The notes: a model not told the origin generated them from the letters alone. 64,000 bases of DNA from Acidimicrobiales bacterium (GCA_030446545.1 JAUJNB010000001.1:212550-276549), one strand, 5' to 3'; shown: positions 28,912 through 39,609, counted from the stretch's first letter. Numbers and translations: made by a program.

Positions 28912-30330
28912 TTGACTGATCAGCCCCGCACCCTCAGCGACAAGGTCTGGGACCGCCACGTGGTTCGCACCGCTCCCGGCGAGCCCGACCTGCTCTACGT
29001 GGACCTCCACCTGGTGCACGAGGTCACGTCGCCCCAGGCCTTCGAGAGCCTCCGCCTGGCGGGCCGGGCGCTACGCCGGCCCGATCTCACCGTGGCCACC
29101 ATGGATCACAACGTGCCCACCACCGGCCTGGACCGGCCGGTGGCCGACCCGGTCTCGGCCACCCAGATGGCCACGCTGGCCCGCAACTGCGAGGAGTTCG
29201 GTGTCCGCCTCCACGCCATGGGCCAGCCCGGCCAGGGCATCGTCCACATCATCGGGCCCGAACAGGGCCTCACCCAGCCGGGGATGACCATCGTCTGCGG
29301 TGACAGTCACACCTCCACCCACGGGGCCCTCGGGGCCCTGGCCTTCGGCATCGGGACGACCGAGATCGAACATGTGCTGGCCACCCAGACGGTGCCCCAG
29401 TCCCGGCCGGGCACCATGGCCGTCAGCGTCGAGGGCGAGCTGGCGGCCGGCGTGACGGCCAAGGACGTCATCCTCGCCGTCATCGGCCGCATCGGCACCG
29501 CCGGCGGCGTGGGCTCGGTGGTGGAGTACCGGGGCTCGGCCATCCGCTCGCTCTCGGTCGAGGGACGGATGACCGTGTGCAACATGTCGATCGAGGCCGG
29601 TGCCCGGGCCGGCATGGTGGCGCCCGACGAAACCACCTTCGACTACCTCGAGGGCCGGCTCCACGCCCCCAAGGGGGCAGCATGGGAGGCGGCGCTGGAG
29701 GACTGGCGCACGCTGGTCACCGACGAGGGTGCCGTCTTCGACAAGGAGGTGGTGCTCGACGCCGCTGCCCTGCGACCGCACGTGTCGTGGGGCACCAACC
29801 CCGGCCAGGTCGTCCCCATCGACGACGTGGTGCCCGACCCCGAGCGCCTTCCCGACCCGGGCCAGCGCGACGCCGCCCGGCGGGCCCTGGCCTACATGGA
29901 CCTGATCGCCGGTACCCCGATGCGAGACGTCGCCGTCGACACCGTCTTCGTGGGCTCGTGCACCAACAGCCGCATCGAGGACCTGCGGGCGGCGGCGACG
30001 GTGTTGGAGGGCCGGCGGGTGGCGCCGGGCATGCGGGCCCTGGTGGTACCCGGCTCGTTCCGGGTCAAGGCCCAGGCCGAGACCGAGGGGCTCGACCGGA
30101 TCTTCACCGAGGCGGGATTCGAGTGGCGCGGGGCCGGGTGCTCGATGTGCCTGGCCATGAACCCCGACAAGCTGAGCGCAGGCGAACGCTGCGCCTCCAC
30201 CTCCAACCGCAACTTCGAGGGCCGCCAGGGCAAGGGGGGACGCACGCACCTGGTGTCACCGGCCGTGGCCGCGGCCACGGCGGTGGCGGGCCACTTCGCC
30301 ACCCCGGCCGACCTCGAGGCGGTGACCTGA
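28912..30330 (+). CDS. leuC: 3-isopropylmalate dehydratase large subunit
   Basis: TTG start. Aconitase-family motifs [18 protein letters not shown] and GCSMCLAMN are present. Confidence 0.95.
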   Translation: MTDQPRTLSDKVWDRHVVRTAPGEPDLLYVDLHLVHEVTSPQAFESLRLAGRALRRPDLTVATMDHNVPTTGLDRPVADPVSATQMATLARNCEEFGVRLHAMGQPGQGIVHIIGPEQGLTQPGMTIVCGDSHTSTHGALGALAFGIGTTEIEHVLATQTVPQSRPGTMAVSVEGELAAGVTAKDVILAVIGRIGTAGGVGSVVEYRGSAIRSLSVEGRMTVCNMSIEAGARAGMVAPDETTFDYLEGRLHAPKGAAWEAALEDWRTLVTDEGAVFDKEVVLDAAALRPHVSWGTNPGQVVPIDDVVPDPERLPDPGQRDAARRALAYMDLIAGTPMRDVAVDTVFVGSCTNSRIEDLRAAATVLEGRRVAPGMRALVVPGSFRVKAQAETEGLDRIFTEAGFEWRGAGCSMCLAMNPDKLSAGERCASTSNRNFEGRQGKGGRTHLVSPAVAAATAVAGHFATPADLEAVT

Positions 30331-30929
30331 TGGAGCCCCGGCGCATCGTCACGGGCACGGCCCTGCCCCTCGACCGCAGCGACGTCGACACCGACCAGAT
30401 CATCCCCGCGGTGTGGCTCAAGCGGGTGGAACGCACCGGCTTCGGTGCCGGGTTGTTCGCCGCCTGGCGCGACGACCCCGGCTTCGTGTTGAACCAGCCT
30501 CACCACCGGGGGGCCAAGATCCTGGTGGCGGGAACCAACTTCGGCACCGGGTCGTCGCGTGAACACGCGGTGTGGGCCCTGGAGGACTACGGCTTCGAAG
30601 CGGTCGTCTCCCCCCGCTTCGCCGACATCTTCCGTTCCAACTGCACCAAGGTGGGCCTGGTCCCGGTCCAAGTCGACGACCTCACCGGCGCCACCCTGCT
30701 GCAGGCGGTGGCGGCCGACCCCACGCTGGTGGTCACCGTGGATGTGGCCGCCCGCACGCTGTCGGCCCCGGCCGTGGGAATCGACGTCGGCTTCCCGCTC
30801 GACGACTTCACCCGCCACCGGCTCCTCGAAGGCCTCGACGACATCGATCTCACCCTCGGCCACGCCGATGCCATCGACGCCTATGAGCGCCGCCGGCCGT
30901 CCTGGCTGCCCACCACGGCGCCAGCCTGA
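30330..30929 (+). CDS. leuD: 3-isopropylmalate dehydratase small subunit
   Basis: The ATG overlaps the leuC TGA. Motifs are DVDTDQIIPA and GTNFGTGSSREHA. Confidence 0.95.
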   Translation: MEPRRIVTGTALPLDRSDVDTDQIIPAVWLKRVERTGFGAGLFAAWRDDPGFVLNQPHHRGAKILVAGTNFGTGSSREHAVWALEDYGFEAVVSPRFADIFRSNCTKVGLVPVQVDDLTGATLLQAVAADPTLVVTVDVAARTLSAPAVGIDVGFPLDDFTRHRLLEGLDDIDLTLGHADAIDAYERRRPSWLPTTAPA

Positions 30930-31059
30930 TCCCCGTCCCCGGCCTTCCGGCGTCACCGGAACGCCGTGAGCGGAGGCCCGGCCTCGGCCCACTAGGGGCT
31001 TGGCCTCACTTGCGGCTGGGCCGTTGGCGGGTGTGGTGCCGATCGCTCTACTGGTGCCC

Positions 31060-31737
31060 ATGAGCCCAGCCAGCATGATCGTGGCCAGCCAATCGACAGC
31101 GACGGCGGTGCCCGGGCCGCGACAACGACCCCAACGGGCCCGCCGATGGAGCGCAGCCGAACGGGCGGCGCTGGTGGTGGCGGCCCTGGCCACGACCGGC
31201 TTCGGCGCCTACGGCGTCGCGACCGCGGCGCCGAGCACCACTGCCTACGTGTTCATCGTGGCGGCGGTGGCTGGGGTCGTGGTCGGGTTGCGGCGGAGTC
31301 CGCTGCCGGCGCCCCTCGCCACGGCCCTGGCCGCGCTGGCCGTGGCCCACCTGGCCGGTGGACTGATCAGGGTGGGCGACGGGGTCCTCTACAACGCGTC
31401 CCTGGGTTCGGAGGTGTTCCAGTACGACCATCTGGTGCACTCGAGCGCGGTGTTGGTGGGGACGTTGGTGGTGTGGACGCTGTTCGCCCGGCCCGATCTC
31501 GGGCGGGGACGGCCGGTCTCGACGGTGGTGTGGACGCTGGCCGGCCTCGGCCTCGGCGCCGTGAACGAGACGGTGGAGTACCTGACCACCCTCGTCAACC
31601 AGGGAAGCCAGGTGGGCGGCTACGTCAACACCGGGTGGGACCTGGTCTCCAACGTGGTGGGCGCCGTCGTGGCCGGCCTGCTCATCGCCGGGACGGCACG
31701 CCGCCAGGAGCGAGACCGCCATCCGGACCCGGCGTGA
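31060..31737 (+). CDS. integral membrane protein (possibly DUF2238-like); start uncertain
   Basis: Multiple TM helices and a NETVEYL...GWDLVSNVVGA pattern. The track ORF begins at 31000. Confidence 0.55.
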   Translation: MSPASMIVASQSTATAVPGPRQRPQRARRWSAAERAALVVAALATTGFGAYGVATAAPSTTAYVFIVAAVAGVVVGLRRSPLPAPLATALAALAVAHLAGGLIRVGDGVLYNASLGSEVFQYDHLVHSSAVLVGTLVVWTLFARPDLGRGRPVSTVVWTLAGLGLGAVNETVEYLTTLVNQGSQVGGYVNTGWDLVSNVVGAVVAGLLIAGTARRQERDRHPDPA

Positions 31738-32339
31738 ACCGGCGTCGATCCCGCCGGGCGGGGCTCAGCTGTGCCCTGGCCAGCGGAGCGGCCCTGGCCG
31801 TGGCGGTCGTGGTGCTGGGCCTGTTCACGCCCGGCTACCGGCCTTGGGCCCACACCATCAGTCGTCTCGCTTCACCGGGCCAGCCCCACGCCCTGGCCGC
31901 CCGGGCCGCTCTGGTGGCCTACGGGCTCCTGGTGGTCGCCGGCGCCGGCCCACTCGGTGACCGGGCGCCGGGGCGACGACGGCTCCTCGCCACCCTCGTC
32001 GGGCTCTACGGGGCCACGGCCGTGATCGCCGGCCTGGCGCCCAAGGACCTCCCGGGGACGCCGCCCACCCTGGCCAGCGCGATCCACGTCGGCGCCACCA
32101 TGGTCGGTGGTGTCGCCGTTACCGGCGCCATGCTGGTGGTCGTCCACCGGGCTCGTCGACGGGTCGACCGCCACGCCGCTACCGCTGCCGTCGTACTGAC
32201 CGTTGTCGGCGCCGTCGTGTTCCGGTTCAGCTGGGGCTCGGACATCTACGGCCTGGTCGAGCGGGTGCTCGTGGCCGTGGCCGGCGCGTGGGTCATGTCC
32301 CTGGCCTGGCGGACCCTCGTCTCAGACCGAGGCCTGGCG
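31734..32339 (+). CDS. DUF998-like membrane protein; 3' end not defined (no in-frame stop before 33212)
   Basis: The GTG overlaps the upstream TGA. There are about 6 TM helices ending ...VAVAGAWVMSLAWRTL. The end coordinate is my estimate of where the protein-like sequence stops. Confidence 0.5.
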
Positions 32340-33821
32340 GCGCTCGACCTCCGCCGACGGGTTCAGACGGGCCTGGTCGGCGGCGCTGGTGCCGGCGATC
32401 CAACCAGCGCCGCTGCTGACCGAAACCGAGCACTTCGTGGTGGAGGGGAAGGCCTCGTCCAAGGCGTGGTCGACCGCCCGGTCCCGCGCCGCCAGCACGG
32501 GCAAGAGGGCGTCGCCGTGGGCGTCGGCACCGGCGGCTTCGGCGGCGGCGGTGCTCTCCTGCAGGCGCTGGCCGATGCGCGTGGCGTAGGCCACGTAGAA
32601 CGACTTGCGGAACGAGCGGGTGGAGGACCGTCCCCAGCGGTCGAGCTGGGGCCCGGCGCTGGCCACGGCCCGGGTGGCCTGAACCAGCAGCGAGGTGTAG
32701 AGCAGTTCGACACCTTCGAGCTCGGCCTCGTGACCGAAGACGGTGGAGAAGCCCAGAGATCCGCTCCAGACCGTCCGGCACCGGTTGGCCCCGGCCACGG
32801 CGTCGAGGAGCAGGGATTTGGCCTGGGCGTAGGGGTCGTCGGTGGGGATGCGGCGGCCTCCCGGTCCCCCGGACCGAGCGTGCGCACCCTCGACCATGGC
32901 CCGGTCGACGGCATGGCGCGCCATCAGCTCCTGGGCCTTGGCCGTGAACGCCTCGGCCTCCCCGACGAAGGTGGTCGATTCGGCCTTGGCCAGCAGGGCC
33001 CGCACCCGCTCGAGCACCCGACCGTCAACCTCACGCCCGCTGCCTGTGGCACCGTTGGCGCTGGCCTCGCCCGGGAGCGGGCCCAACAGGGGCAGGGTGG
33101 GGAGCGTCAACAGCACCGACAGCACCTCGATCCGCCGCCTGAGGTTGGCCGACCCGGGGGCGGGGGCGCCCGTGGCCGCCGGCGACACGTCGTCGAAGGG
33201 CACGGCGCCTGACCGCTCCTCGGCCGGAGAGCCCCAGGGGTCGGCGCCGATGGCCCGCAGCTGCGCCTGCCATGAGGCAGAGACCGTGGCCGCGGCGTAG
33301 CGCCGGTGCTGGTGGGCGATGGCCTCCGCCGCGGCGGCGGCGTGGTCGCCCCCATGCTGGCGCCGGACCATGCGCTCGACGTCGGCCGGCTGCCACCCTT
33401 GGCGCCACACCTCCTCGATCACCCGGTCGAGGAGGACCTCGAGCACCTGCGCCGTGGCCGTAACCTTGCCGCCGCCGCCGCCGCTGCTGCTGCTGCTGCC
33501 AAGAGCCGCTCCGCCGCCCTCCCCGTCGGTGGCGCCAACGCCCAGGGCAGCGAGCTGCTCGGTGTAGCCGGCCTGGTCCCCGGACTGCAGCGCCGTCGCT
33601 GCCGCCAGCAGGGCCATCTCGACGACGATCTCCCCAGGGCGACCGTTCCAGTCTCCACGCGAGAAGTCCCGCCCGCCTCCTGGCCCGCCACGCCAGGCGT
33701 TGTCCGACCACGGTGACCCAGACGGTCGACCCGGCTCCGACGGTCGACTCGGCCCCGACGGCTGACCGGTCTCCCTCCGGCGCTGCTTGACCCTCCGTCG
33801 TTCACGGTTTCGCTTGCCCAT
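32322..33821 (-). CDS. DUF2786 domain-containing protein with basic N-terminus
   Basis: The N-terminus is MGKRNRERRRVKQRRR. The DUF2786 core reads VLERVRALLAKAESTTFVGEAEAFTAKAQELMARH. Confidence 0.7.
   Translation of the reverse strand: MGKRNRERRRVKQRRRETGQPSGPSRPSEPGRPSGSPWSDNAWRGGPGGGRDFSRGDWNGRPGEIVVEMALLAAATALQSGDQAGYTEQLAALGVGATDGEGGGAALGSSSSSGGGGGKVTATAQVLEVLLDRVIEEVWRQGWQPADVERMVRRQHGGDHAAAAAEAIAHQHRRYAAATVSASWQAQLRAIGADPWGSPAEERSGAVPFDDVSPAATGAPAPGSANLRRRIEVLSVLLTLPTLPLLGPLPGEASANGATGSGREVDGRVLERVRALLAKAESTTFVGEAEAFTAKAQELMARHAVDRAMVEGAHARSGGPGGRRIPTDDPYAQAKSLLLDAVAGANRCRTVWSGSLGFSTVFGHEAELEGVELLYTSLLVQATRAVASAGPQLDRWGRSSTRSFRKSFYVAYATRIGQRLQESTAAAEAAGADAHGDALLPVLAARDRAVDHALDEAFPSTTKCSVSVSSGAGWIAGTSAADQARLNPSAEVERRQASV
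33468..33500. repeat. in-frame trinucleotide tract (GCC)5(GCT)5GCC
   Basis: It encodes the GSSSSSGGGGG segment of the DUF2786 protein on the minus strand. Confidence 0.8.
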
Positions 33822-33933
33822 GGGGCCATCCTTGCCCGGGGGTGAGACAACAACGCGGACCACGCCCTCCCTGCGGGACCGGACTGGCCGGCTCAGCTCT
33901 CGACCACGGGGTCGGGCCAGAGGTTGGTGACGG

Positions 33934-35481
33934 TCAGGGGGTCACCTCGGGTTGGCGGACCTGGTCCTGGCGCCGGCGCACCCGCACCACCTTGTTGACG
34001 GCGCTGAGGAAGGCTCGGGCCGACGCCTCCACCACGTCGGTCGACAGACCCCGCCCCGACACCTTGATGCCCCCGGAGTCGAACTGGACGATCACATCGC
34101 CCAAGGCATCCACCCCCTCGGTGACCGACGAGACGTTGAAGTCGGTGAGGGCGCCGTCGATGCCGGTGGCGCTCTTGATGGCTTTGCAGGCCGCATCGAT
34201 CATGCCGTCGCCCTCGGCGCTGGCCTCGATCTTGGCGCCATCGCACACGAGCACCACGGCCGCCATCGGGGTGCCCACCGTTCCACCCCGCACGTCCAAC
34301 GACTCGAGCTCGAAGCCGTCGTCGACCTTGCCGCCCAGCTCCTCGGCCACGATGGCCTCGAGGTCGGCGTCGGTGAGGGTGACCTTGCGGTCGGCCAGCT
34401 CCTTGAAGCGCTGGAATGCGGCGTTGAGGGCGTCGCCCTGGATCCGCAGGCCCATGCGCTCGAGCGTCTCGGCGAAGGCGTGGCGTCCCGAGTGCTTGCC
34501 CAGCACGATCTGGCGCCCGGTCTGGCCCACGGCCGCGGCGTCGATGATCTCGTAGGTGCCACTGTCGGCCAACACGCCGTGCTGGTGGATGCCCGACTCA
34601 TGGGCAAAGGCGTTGCGCCCCACCACAGCCTTGTTGTACTGGACGGGGTAACCCGTGAGCCGGGCCACGAGGCGACTGGCGCGGGCCAACTCCTCGGTGT
34701 TGATCCCCACCTCGATGCCGGGGAACTGGTCAGGGCGGATGCGCAGGGCCATGACCACCTCTTCGAGGGCGGCGTTGCCGGCCCGCTCCCCCAGGCCGTT
34801 GACACAGACCTCCACCTGGCGGGCCCCGGCCTGGATGCCGGCCAGCGAGTTGGCGGTGGCCAGGCCCAGGTCGTTGTGGCAGTGGGTGGAGGTGATGTAG
34901 TCGCCCTTGACCTCCCGGCGCACGTACTGGATGAGCGCGCCGAAGTCCCACGGGATGCCGTAGCCCACCGTGTCGGGGATGTTCAACGTGGTGGCCCCCG
35001 AGTCCACGGCGGCCTGGAGCACCTCGATCATGAAGTCGAGGGGGGTGCGGGTGGCGTCCTGGGGGCTGAACTCGACGTCGTCGGTGTGCTCCCGGGCCCG
35101 GCTCACGCCGGACCGGGTCTCGGCCAGGACCTGGACCTCGTCCATCTTCAGCATGTGCTCCATGTGGCTGGGGCTGGTGGAGATGAACACGTGGATCCGG
35201 GCTCGCTCGGCCGGGCTCACCGCCTCCCAGCAGCGGTCGACGTCACCCAGGTGGGTTCGGGACAGGCCGCAGATCACCGGACCCTCGATCGAACGGGCGA
35301 TGACCTGCACGGCCTCGAAGTCGCCATGACTGGCGACCGGGAACCCGGCCTCGAGCACGTCGACACCGAGCCGGGCCAGCTGCTCGGCGATCTCCAACTT
35401 CTCGGCCGCGTCGAGCGAGATGCCCGGCGACTGCTCGCCGTCGCGGAGGGTGGTGTCGAAGATCGTGACCCGATCGGCCAT
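33934..35481 (-). CDS. leuA: 2-isopropylmalate synthase
   Basis: IFDTTLRDGEQSPG and HCHNDLGLATANSLAG motifs, plus a C-terminal LeuA dimerisation/regulatory domain. The ORF is intact at 515 aa. Confidence 0.95.
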   Translation of the reverse strand: MADRVTIFDTTLRDGEQSPGISLDAAEKLEIAEQLARLGVDVLEAGFPVASHGDFEAVQVIARSIEGPVICGLSRTHLGDVDRCWEAVSPAERARIHVFISTSPSHMEHMLKMDEVQVLAETRSGVSRAREHTDDVEFSPQDATRTPLDFMIEVLQAAVDSGATTLNIPDTVGYGIPWDFGALIQYVRREVKGDYITSTHCHNDLGLATANSLAGIQAGARQVEVCVNGLGERAGNAALEEVVMALRIRPDQFPGIEVGINTEELARASRLVARLTGYPVQYNKAVVGRNAFAHESGIHQHGVLADSGTYEIIDAAAVGQTGRQIVLGKHSGRHAFAETLERMGLRIQGDALNAAFQRFKELADRKVTLTDADLEAIVAEELGGKVDDGFELESLDVRGGTVGTPMAAVVLVCDGAKIEASAEGDGMIDAACKAIKSATGIDGALTDFNVSSVTEGVDALGDVIVQFDSGGIKVSGRGLSTDVVEASARAFLSAVNKVVRVRRRQDQVRQPEVTP

Positions 35482-35510
35482 GTCGGTCCCTTTCTGGAGA
35501 GACGTCTGGG

Positions 35511-35545
35511 GAAAAGAAAACCTCCTGGCCGACTGGCACAGGAGG
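35511..35545 (-). terminator. intrinsic terminator/attenuator hairpin with U-tract 30 nt upstream of the leuA ATG
   Basis: The minus strand reads CCTCCTGTGCC-AGTC-GGCCAGGAGG followed by TTTTCTTTTC. This T-rich run is conspicuous in such GC-rich DNA. Confidence 0.7.
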
Positions 35546-35574
35546 TCGTGGCGAGCACCGTGGTGGTGCCCGCC

Positions 35575-35616
35575 TCAGGTAAGCAGGAGGATGCAGGAAC
35601 GAAGCTGGCGCATCAT
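35575..35616 (-). promoter_or_regulatory. leuA leader peptide ORF MMRQLRSCILLLT
   Basis: 13 codons, with 4 Leu plus 1 Ile. Two of the Leu codons are CTT, which is rare in GC-rich genomes. The ORF ends 29 nt before the terminator hairpin. Confidence 0.6.
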
Positions 35617-35950
35617 CAGCGACAAGCGAACCACCGAACCATGGCCGTCGTCAACCCCCTTCTCCGCCCCGCCCCGTTCGCCGGCGCCTCCCCGCGGCCG
35701 CCCCGGTGCCCCTCCAGCCCGCCTCTTCCCCTCGATGAGAGGAGGTGGAGACCATCTCCGGCGGCGGACCGGCGCAGAAGCCGGCGTTCGACCTCGCCGC
35801 CGGCGGCATCCACTAGCGGGCCGACGACGAGACGGGCCTGATGGTGGGACGCCGGGTCGGGGACCTGGTGGTCGAGCGGGCCCGGGCCGACGATGCCGTA
35901 CCGACCGGATGAAGCGAAGCAGGCACCAACGGAGGGATAGCCTCACCGCG

Positions 35951-36367
35951 ATGATTCGTCGCCTGTTCCGGTTCGCCCTCAAGCTCGCCCTGACGGCCGG
36001 GGTGGGGATGGTGGTGTCCAAGGTGCTCGGCCGCCGCCGGTCGACCGCCTCCGACCGTGCCGCGACCGGCGAGCCCTGGCCCCCGATCCCGCCCCTGGCC
36101 GAGGACCCTCCCCCCGCCCCTGTCGCTACGCCGAGCCCGGCCGAGGACGACGGCGTGGCGTCCACTGCCGTCCCTGATGACGCCAGGCTTTGGGTGGAGC
36201 CCGACGCCCAGGGCGGGTGTGCCCCCTCACACCCGGTCAAAGCCAAGATGAGCAGTGGCGTCTTCCATCTGCCGGGCATGGCCAACTACGAGCGCACCAA
36301 CGCAGACCGCTGCTACACCGACGCCGCGGCGGCCGAGGCCGACGGGCTGCGCCAGGCCAAGCGGTAG
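35951..36367 (+). CDS. membrane-anchored protein with C-terminal sunset-type domain
   Basis: A ggaggga RBS lies 14 nt upstream. An N-terminal TM helix is present. The C-terminal part reads SSGVFHLPGMANYERTNADRCYTDAAAAEADGLRQAKR. Confidence 0.6.
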   Translation: MIRRLFRFALKLALTAGVGMVVSKVLGRRRSTASDRAATGEPWPPIPPLAEDPPPAPVATPSPAEDDGVASTAVPDDARLWVEPDAQGGCAPSHPVKAKMSSGVFHLPGMANYERTNADRCYTDAAAAEADGLRQAKR

Positions 36368-36378
36368 GGAGTCGGGCC

Positions 36379-36570
36379 GTGCGCGTCGTCGTCGACTTCG
36401 ACCGTTGCATCGCCAGCGGCTCCTGCACCCGGGCCGCCCCCGAAGTGTTCGAGCTGCGCGACGACGGCTTCCTCTACGTGCTGCAAGAGGAACCGGCTGA
36501 AGCGTTGCGGTCAGCGGTGGAAGAGGCGGCCGACCTCTGCCCCACCGCCGCCATCACCATCGAGGGCTGA
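36379..36570 (+). CDS. small ferredoxin (single-cluster, 3Fe-4S/4Fe-4S type)
   Basis: VRVVVDFDRCIASGSCTRAAPEVFEL...LCPTAAITIEG, showing the CxxxGxC...CP pattern. Confidence 0.8.
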   Translation: MRVVVDFDRCIASGSCTRAAPEVFELRDDGFLYVLQEEPAEALRSAVEEAADLCPTAAITIEG

Positions 36571-36591
36571 TCCCGGCCTTCGGCGGAGGTC

Positions 36592-37437
36592 TCAGCCCCT
36601 GCGGTAGCGGCGGGTGGTCATTGGTGCGAACACCGCGGTCAGAGCCACCGCCACCGCCAGGACGACGGCGATGTCGCCGCCCTCGGCGTTGCCCTCCATC
36701 AACCCTCGCGAGGCGGTGGCCAGGATGGAGATCGGGTTGACGCGGACGAAGGCCTCGAGCGCCGAGGGCAACGTCTCCGGGTCGACGAACACGTTGGAGA
36801 GGAACGTCAGCGGAAAGATCCCCATGAAACCGGCGTTCATCACCGCGTTCGGCGAGCGCAACACCAACCCGAGCGTCGTGAACACCCAAGAGAGGCCGAA
36901 GGCGAAGACGACCACCAGGGCCAGCGCGGCCAGGACGCCGACGACCCCGGCGTCGGGGCGATAGCCGAGCACCACCCCGAGCAGGATGATCACGGTGCCG
37001 GAGATCAGGTAGCGCACGCTGTCGCCGAGAAGTGAGCCCAAGAGGGGCGCCGGTCGCCAGATGGGCAATGACCGGAAGCGATCGACCACCCCCTTGGTCA
37101 GGTCGGTGTTGAGGGCGACACCCGAGTACACGGTGGTGAACAGCACCGACATCACCAGGATGCCGGGGAGGATGTAGTCCAGGTACTCGCCCGTCGACCC
37201 GGCGATGGCCCCACCAAAGAGGTAGGTGAACATGAGCACGAACATGACCGGGGTGATGGTCACGTCGAGCAGCTGCTCGGGCACGTGCTTGACCTTGAGC
37301 ATCCCCCGCCAGCCGAAGGTGAGCGCAGCCGACAGCGGGCCCGGGGCCGGCGGGCGGGAGGTCGAGGAGATGGCCCGGCGGACCGCCGCCTCGTCGGCGG
37401 GGGTGAAGCTCCCCTGCATCGTCGGGCTGGCGCTCAT
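36592..37437 (-). CDS. ABC-2 type transporter permease (DrrB-like)
   Basis: 6 TM helices. The gene overlaps the upstream ATPase gene by 4 nt. Confidence 0.8.
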   Translation of the reverse strand: MSASPTMQGSFTPADEAAVRRAISSTSRPPAPGPLSAALTFGWRGMLKVKHVPEQLLDVTITPVMFVLMFTYLFGGAIAGSTGEYLDYILPGILVMSVLFTTVYSGVALNTDLTKGVVDRFRSLPIWRPAPLLGSLLGDSVRYLISGTVIILLGVVLGYRPDAGVVGVLAALALVVVFAFGLSWVFTTLGLVLRSPNAVMNAGFMGIFPLTFLSNVFVDPETLPSALEAFVRVNPISILATASRGLMEGNAEGGDIAVVLAVAVALTAVFAPMTTRRYRRG

Positions 37438-38429
37438 ACGACCTCCTCCTCCTCGACGGCAGCGGTCGGCTCCCCTGGCCCGGCCTCCGCCGGGTGACCG
37501 GTCAGAGCCAGGAAGACCTCGTCGAGGCTGGGCTGGCCCAGGGCGAAATCGGCGATGCGAACGCCGGAGCGGGCCAGCACCGCGATCGCCTCGGCACCCC
37601 GGTCGGCCTCGGCACAGGAGACCGACAGGGCGGCGGGGTCCGCTGGCAGGGTGACAGTCCCCAGCTCCCGGGCCAGCACCTGCTCGGCGGCCGTGCGCTG
37701 GCCGGGGTCGAGCAGGCGCACGTGGAGGGCACCGGTGCCCACCGAGGCCTTCAGTTGGCCGGGCGTGCCCTCGGCGATCACCCTGCCGTCGTCGATGACG
37801 GCGATCCCGTCGGCCAATTGGTCGGCCTCCTCCAGGTACTGGGTGCAGAGCAGGATGGTGGTCCCTTCGGCCACCAGCGCCCGGATGATGTCCCAGACCT
37901 GGTTGCGGGAGCGAGGGTCGAGGCCGGTCGTCGGTTCGTCGAGGAACATGAGCTCCGGGGTGACCACGATGCTGGCGGCGATGTCGAGCCTGCGCCGCAT
38001 CCCGCCCGAGTACTGCTTGACCAGACGACCGGCCGCTTCCGCCAGCCCGAAGGCCTCCAACAGCTCCGTGGCCCGCGCCTTGGCCGCCGGACGCCCCAGC
38101 CCGAGCAGGCGACCGAGCAGGATCAGGTTCTCCCGACCCGTCAGGTCCTCGTCGACCGATGCCAACTGGCCGGTGAGGCTGACCAGGGCCCGTACCGCGT
38201 GGGCCTCCTGAACGATGTCGTGGCCGAGCACCCGGGCGGTTCCGGCGTCCGGCCGGATCAAGGTGGCCAACATGCGGATGGTCGTGGTCTTGCCCGCGCC
38301 GTTGGGGCCGAGGACGCCGTAGACCGAACCACGGCGCACCGCCAGGTCGACGCCGTCCACGGCACGGGTCTGGTCGAAGGACTTGACCAGACCGGTGGCC
38401 TCGATGGCAAGGGACGACGTCGTGGTCAT
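37434..38429 (-). CDS. ABC transporter ATP-binding protein (DrrA-like)
   Basis: Walker A is GPNGAGKTT, the signature is YSGGMRRRL, and Walker B is [12 protein letters not shown]. Confidence 0.9.
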   Translation of the reverse strand: MTTTSSLAIEATGLVKSFDQTRAVDGVDLAVRRGSVYGVLGPNGAGKTTTIRMLATLIRPDAGTARVLGHDIVQEAHAVRALVSLTGQLASVDEDLTGRENLILLGRLLGLGRPAAKARATELLEAFGLAEAAGRLVKQYSGGMRRRLDIAASIVVTPELMFLDEPTTGLDPRSRNQVWDIIRALVAEGTTILLCTQYLEEADQLADGIAVIDDGRVIAEGTPGQLKASVGTGALHVRLLDPGQRTAAEQVLARELGTVTLPADPAALSVSCAEADRGAEAIAVLARSGVRIADFALGQPSLDEVFLALTGHPAEAGPGEPTAAVEEEEVV

Positions 38430-38552
38430 CAGGCTCCTCGGGTGTCGGGTTGGTTCGGCGGTCCGGTCACCAGCTCAGACGAAGGGAAGCTCCGAGACTC
38501 ATCGGTGGACGGGCCACCTTCCCGGCGCCTGCGCTCAACCTACTTCTTCAAG

Positions 38553-38562
38553 TTCAGCTGAA
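38553..38562. promoter_or_regulatory. 10-bp perfect palindrome TTCAGCTGAA in an AT-richer patch upstream of the ABC operon
   Basis: It lies about 125 nt upstream of ATG 38429. An adjacent TAGGTT (minus strand) could serve as a -10 element. This is speculative. Confidence 0.2.
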
Positions 38563-38706
38563 GGCAGGGCGTTTTTGACGAGTCCTGGCCGAGGCCGGGG
38601 CCGGGGGCGTTGGGAACGAGGCGCCTTCTTCTTCTTCTGGCCGTGGATGCGCGGCGGTCATCGGCGCGGCGTCACTGCCAGAAACCGGCCTCCGCCTTCC
38701 CCCGCG

Positions 38707-39609
38707 TCAGCCCTCGCAGCCCAGCCCGTCGTCGTCGCTGCCGTCGAAGCGGTGGGGATCAGGCGGGAGCACCCGGAAGCGCCGCTGGTCGATGTTGCCG
38801 CAGTCGAGGTCAGGTGGCGCCGGGGGGATGCACACGTCGGGGTACGAGGCGTCACACGGCCCGGCCCTGCTCGGCTCGGCGGGCGGGTTGGCGGTGGCGG
38901 ACCCTGACTGGGCGGGTGGTTCCTCGGCCGGCCCCTCCTCACAGGCCGACCACAGGCCCCGGCCGTCCTCCCGGGCCGATCGGGCCAGCCGGATGAGCTC
39001 CTCCGCGTGGGCCACGTTGGGCGGGAAGGCGGCCACTTGGGCGTAGCCCTCGGCCACCAGGGCGGCGTTGACGAACAGCCCGTCCCCCTCGCGGTAGACG
39101 TAGGCCAACGTGCGGCCGAAGCGGTCGAAGCGCTCGACGTCATAGACCAGGCGGACCGGCGTTCGCGAACCCAACAATGACATCGTGTGGGCCGACGCCT
39201 CTACGCCGAAGCACTGCACGGCCTTGCGAGGGTCCTTGGTCTCGGGCGTGTCGACGCCGATGAGGCGCACCCGGATCCCCCCGGCGACGACGATGGTGTC
39301 CCCGTCGACCACGTCCTCCACGACCGTGGCTTCGCCGTCGGGCAGCTCCCCGACGGCCGCATCGTGGCCCGCCGGTGCCGGCGGCACCGTCGTCGGGGAG
39401 GGTGGCTCCGCCATGGGCTCCGGCGGCGGCGGTTCGGTGACCGGGACGGTGAGGCCGACCCCGTCGGTGGTCGGACCGGTCGTCCTCAGCGGTACCTCGC
39501 CGGAGCAGGCGGTGACACCCAATCCGGCGGTGACGACCAGCCCGAGGACCCTGGGAGCCCGCACGCCTGCCGATCGGCGCGAGAGGGCTCGGGCTGGCGC
39601 GGTGGTCAC
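38707..39609 (-). CDS. thermonuclease (SNase) family lipoprotein with Cys-rich C-terminal tail
   Basis: The lipobox is LGVTAC. The SNase core reads GDTIVV...VRLIGVDTPE...GRTLAYV. The tail reads CDASYPDVCIPPAPPDLDCGNI...DGSDDDGLGCE. Confidence 0.8.
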   Translation of the reverse strand: MTTAPARALSRRSAGVRAPRVLGLVVTAGLGVTACSGEVPLRTTGPTTDGVGLTVPVTEPPPPEPMAEPPSPTTVPPAPAGHDAAVGELPDGEATVVEDVVDGDTIVVAGGIRVRLIGVDTPETKDPRKAVQCFGVEASAHTMSLLGSRTPVRLVYDVERFDRFGRTLAYVYREGDGLFVNAALVAEGYAQVAAFPPNVAHAEELIRLARSAREDGRGLWSACEEGPAEEPPAQSGSATANPPAEPSRAGPCDASYPDVCIPPAPPDLDCGNIDQRRFRVLPPDPHRFDGSDDDGLGCEG

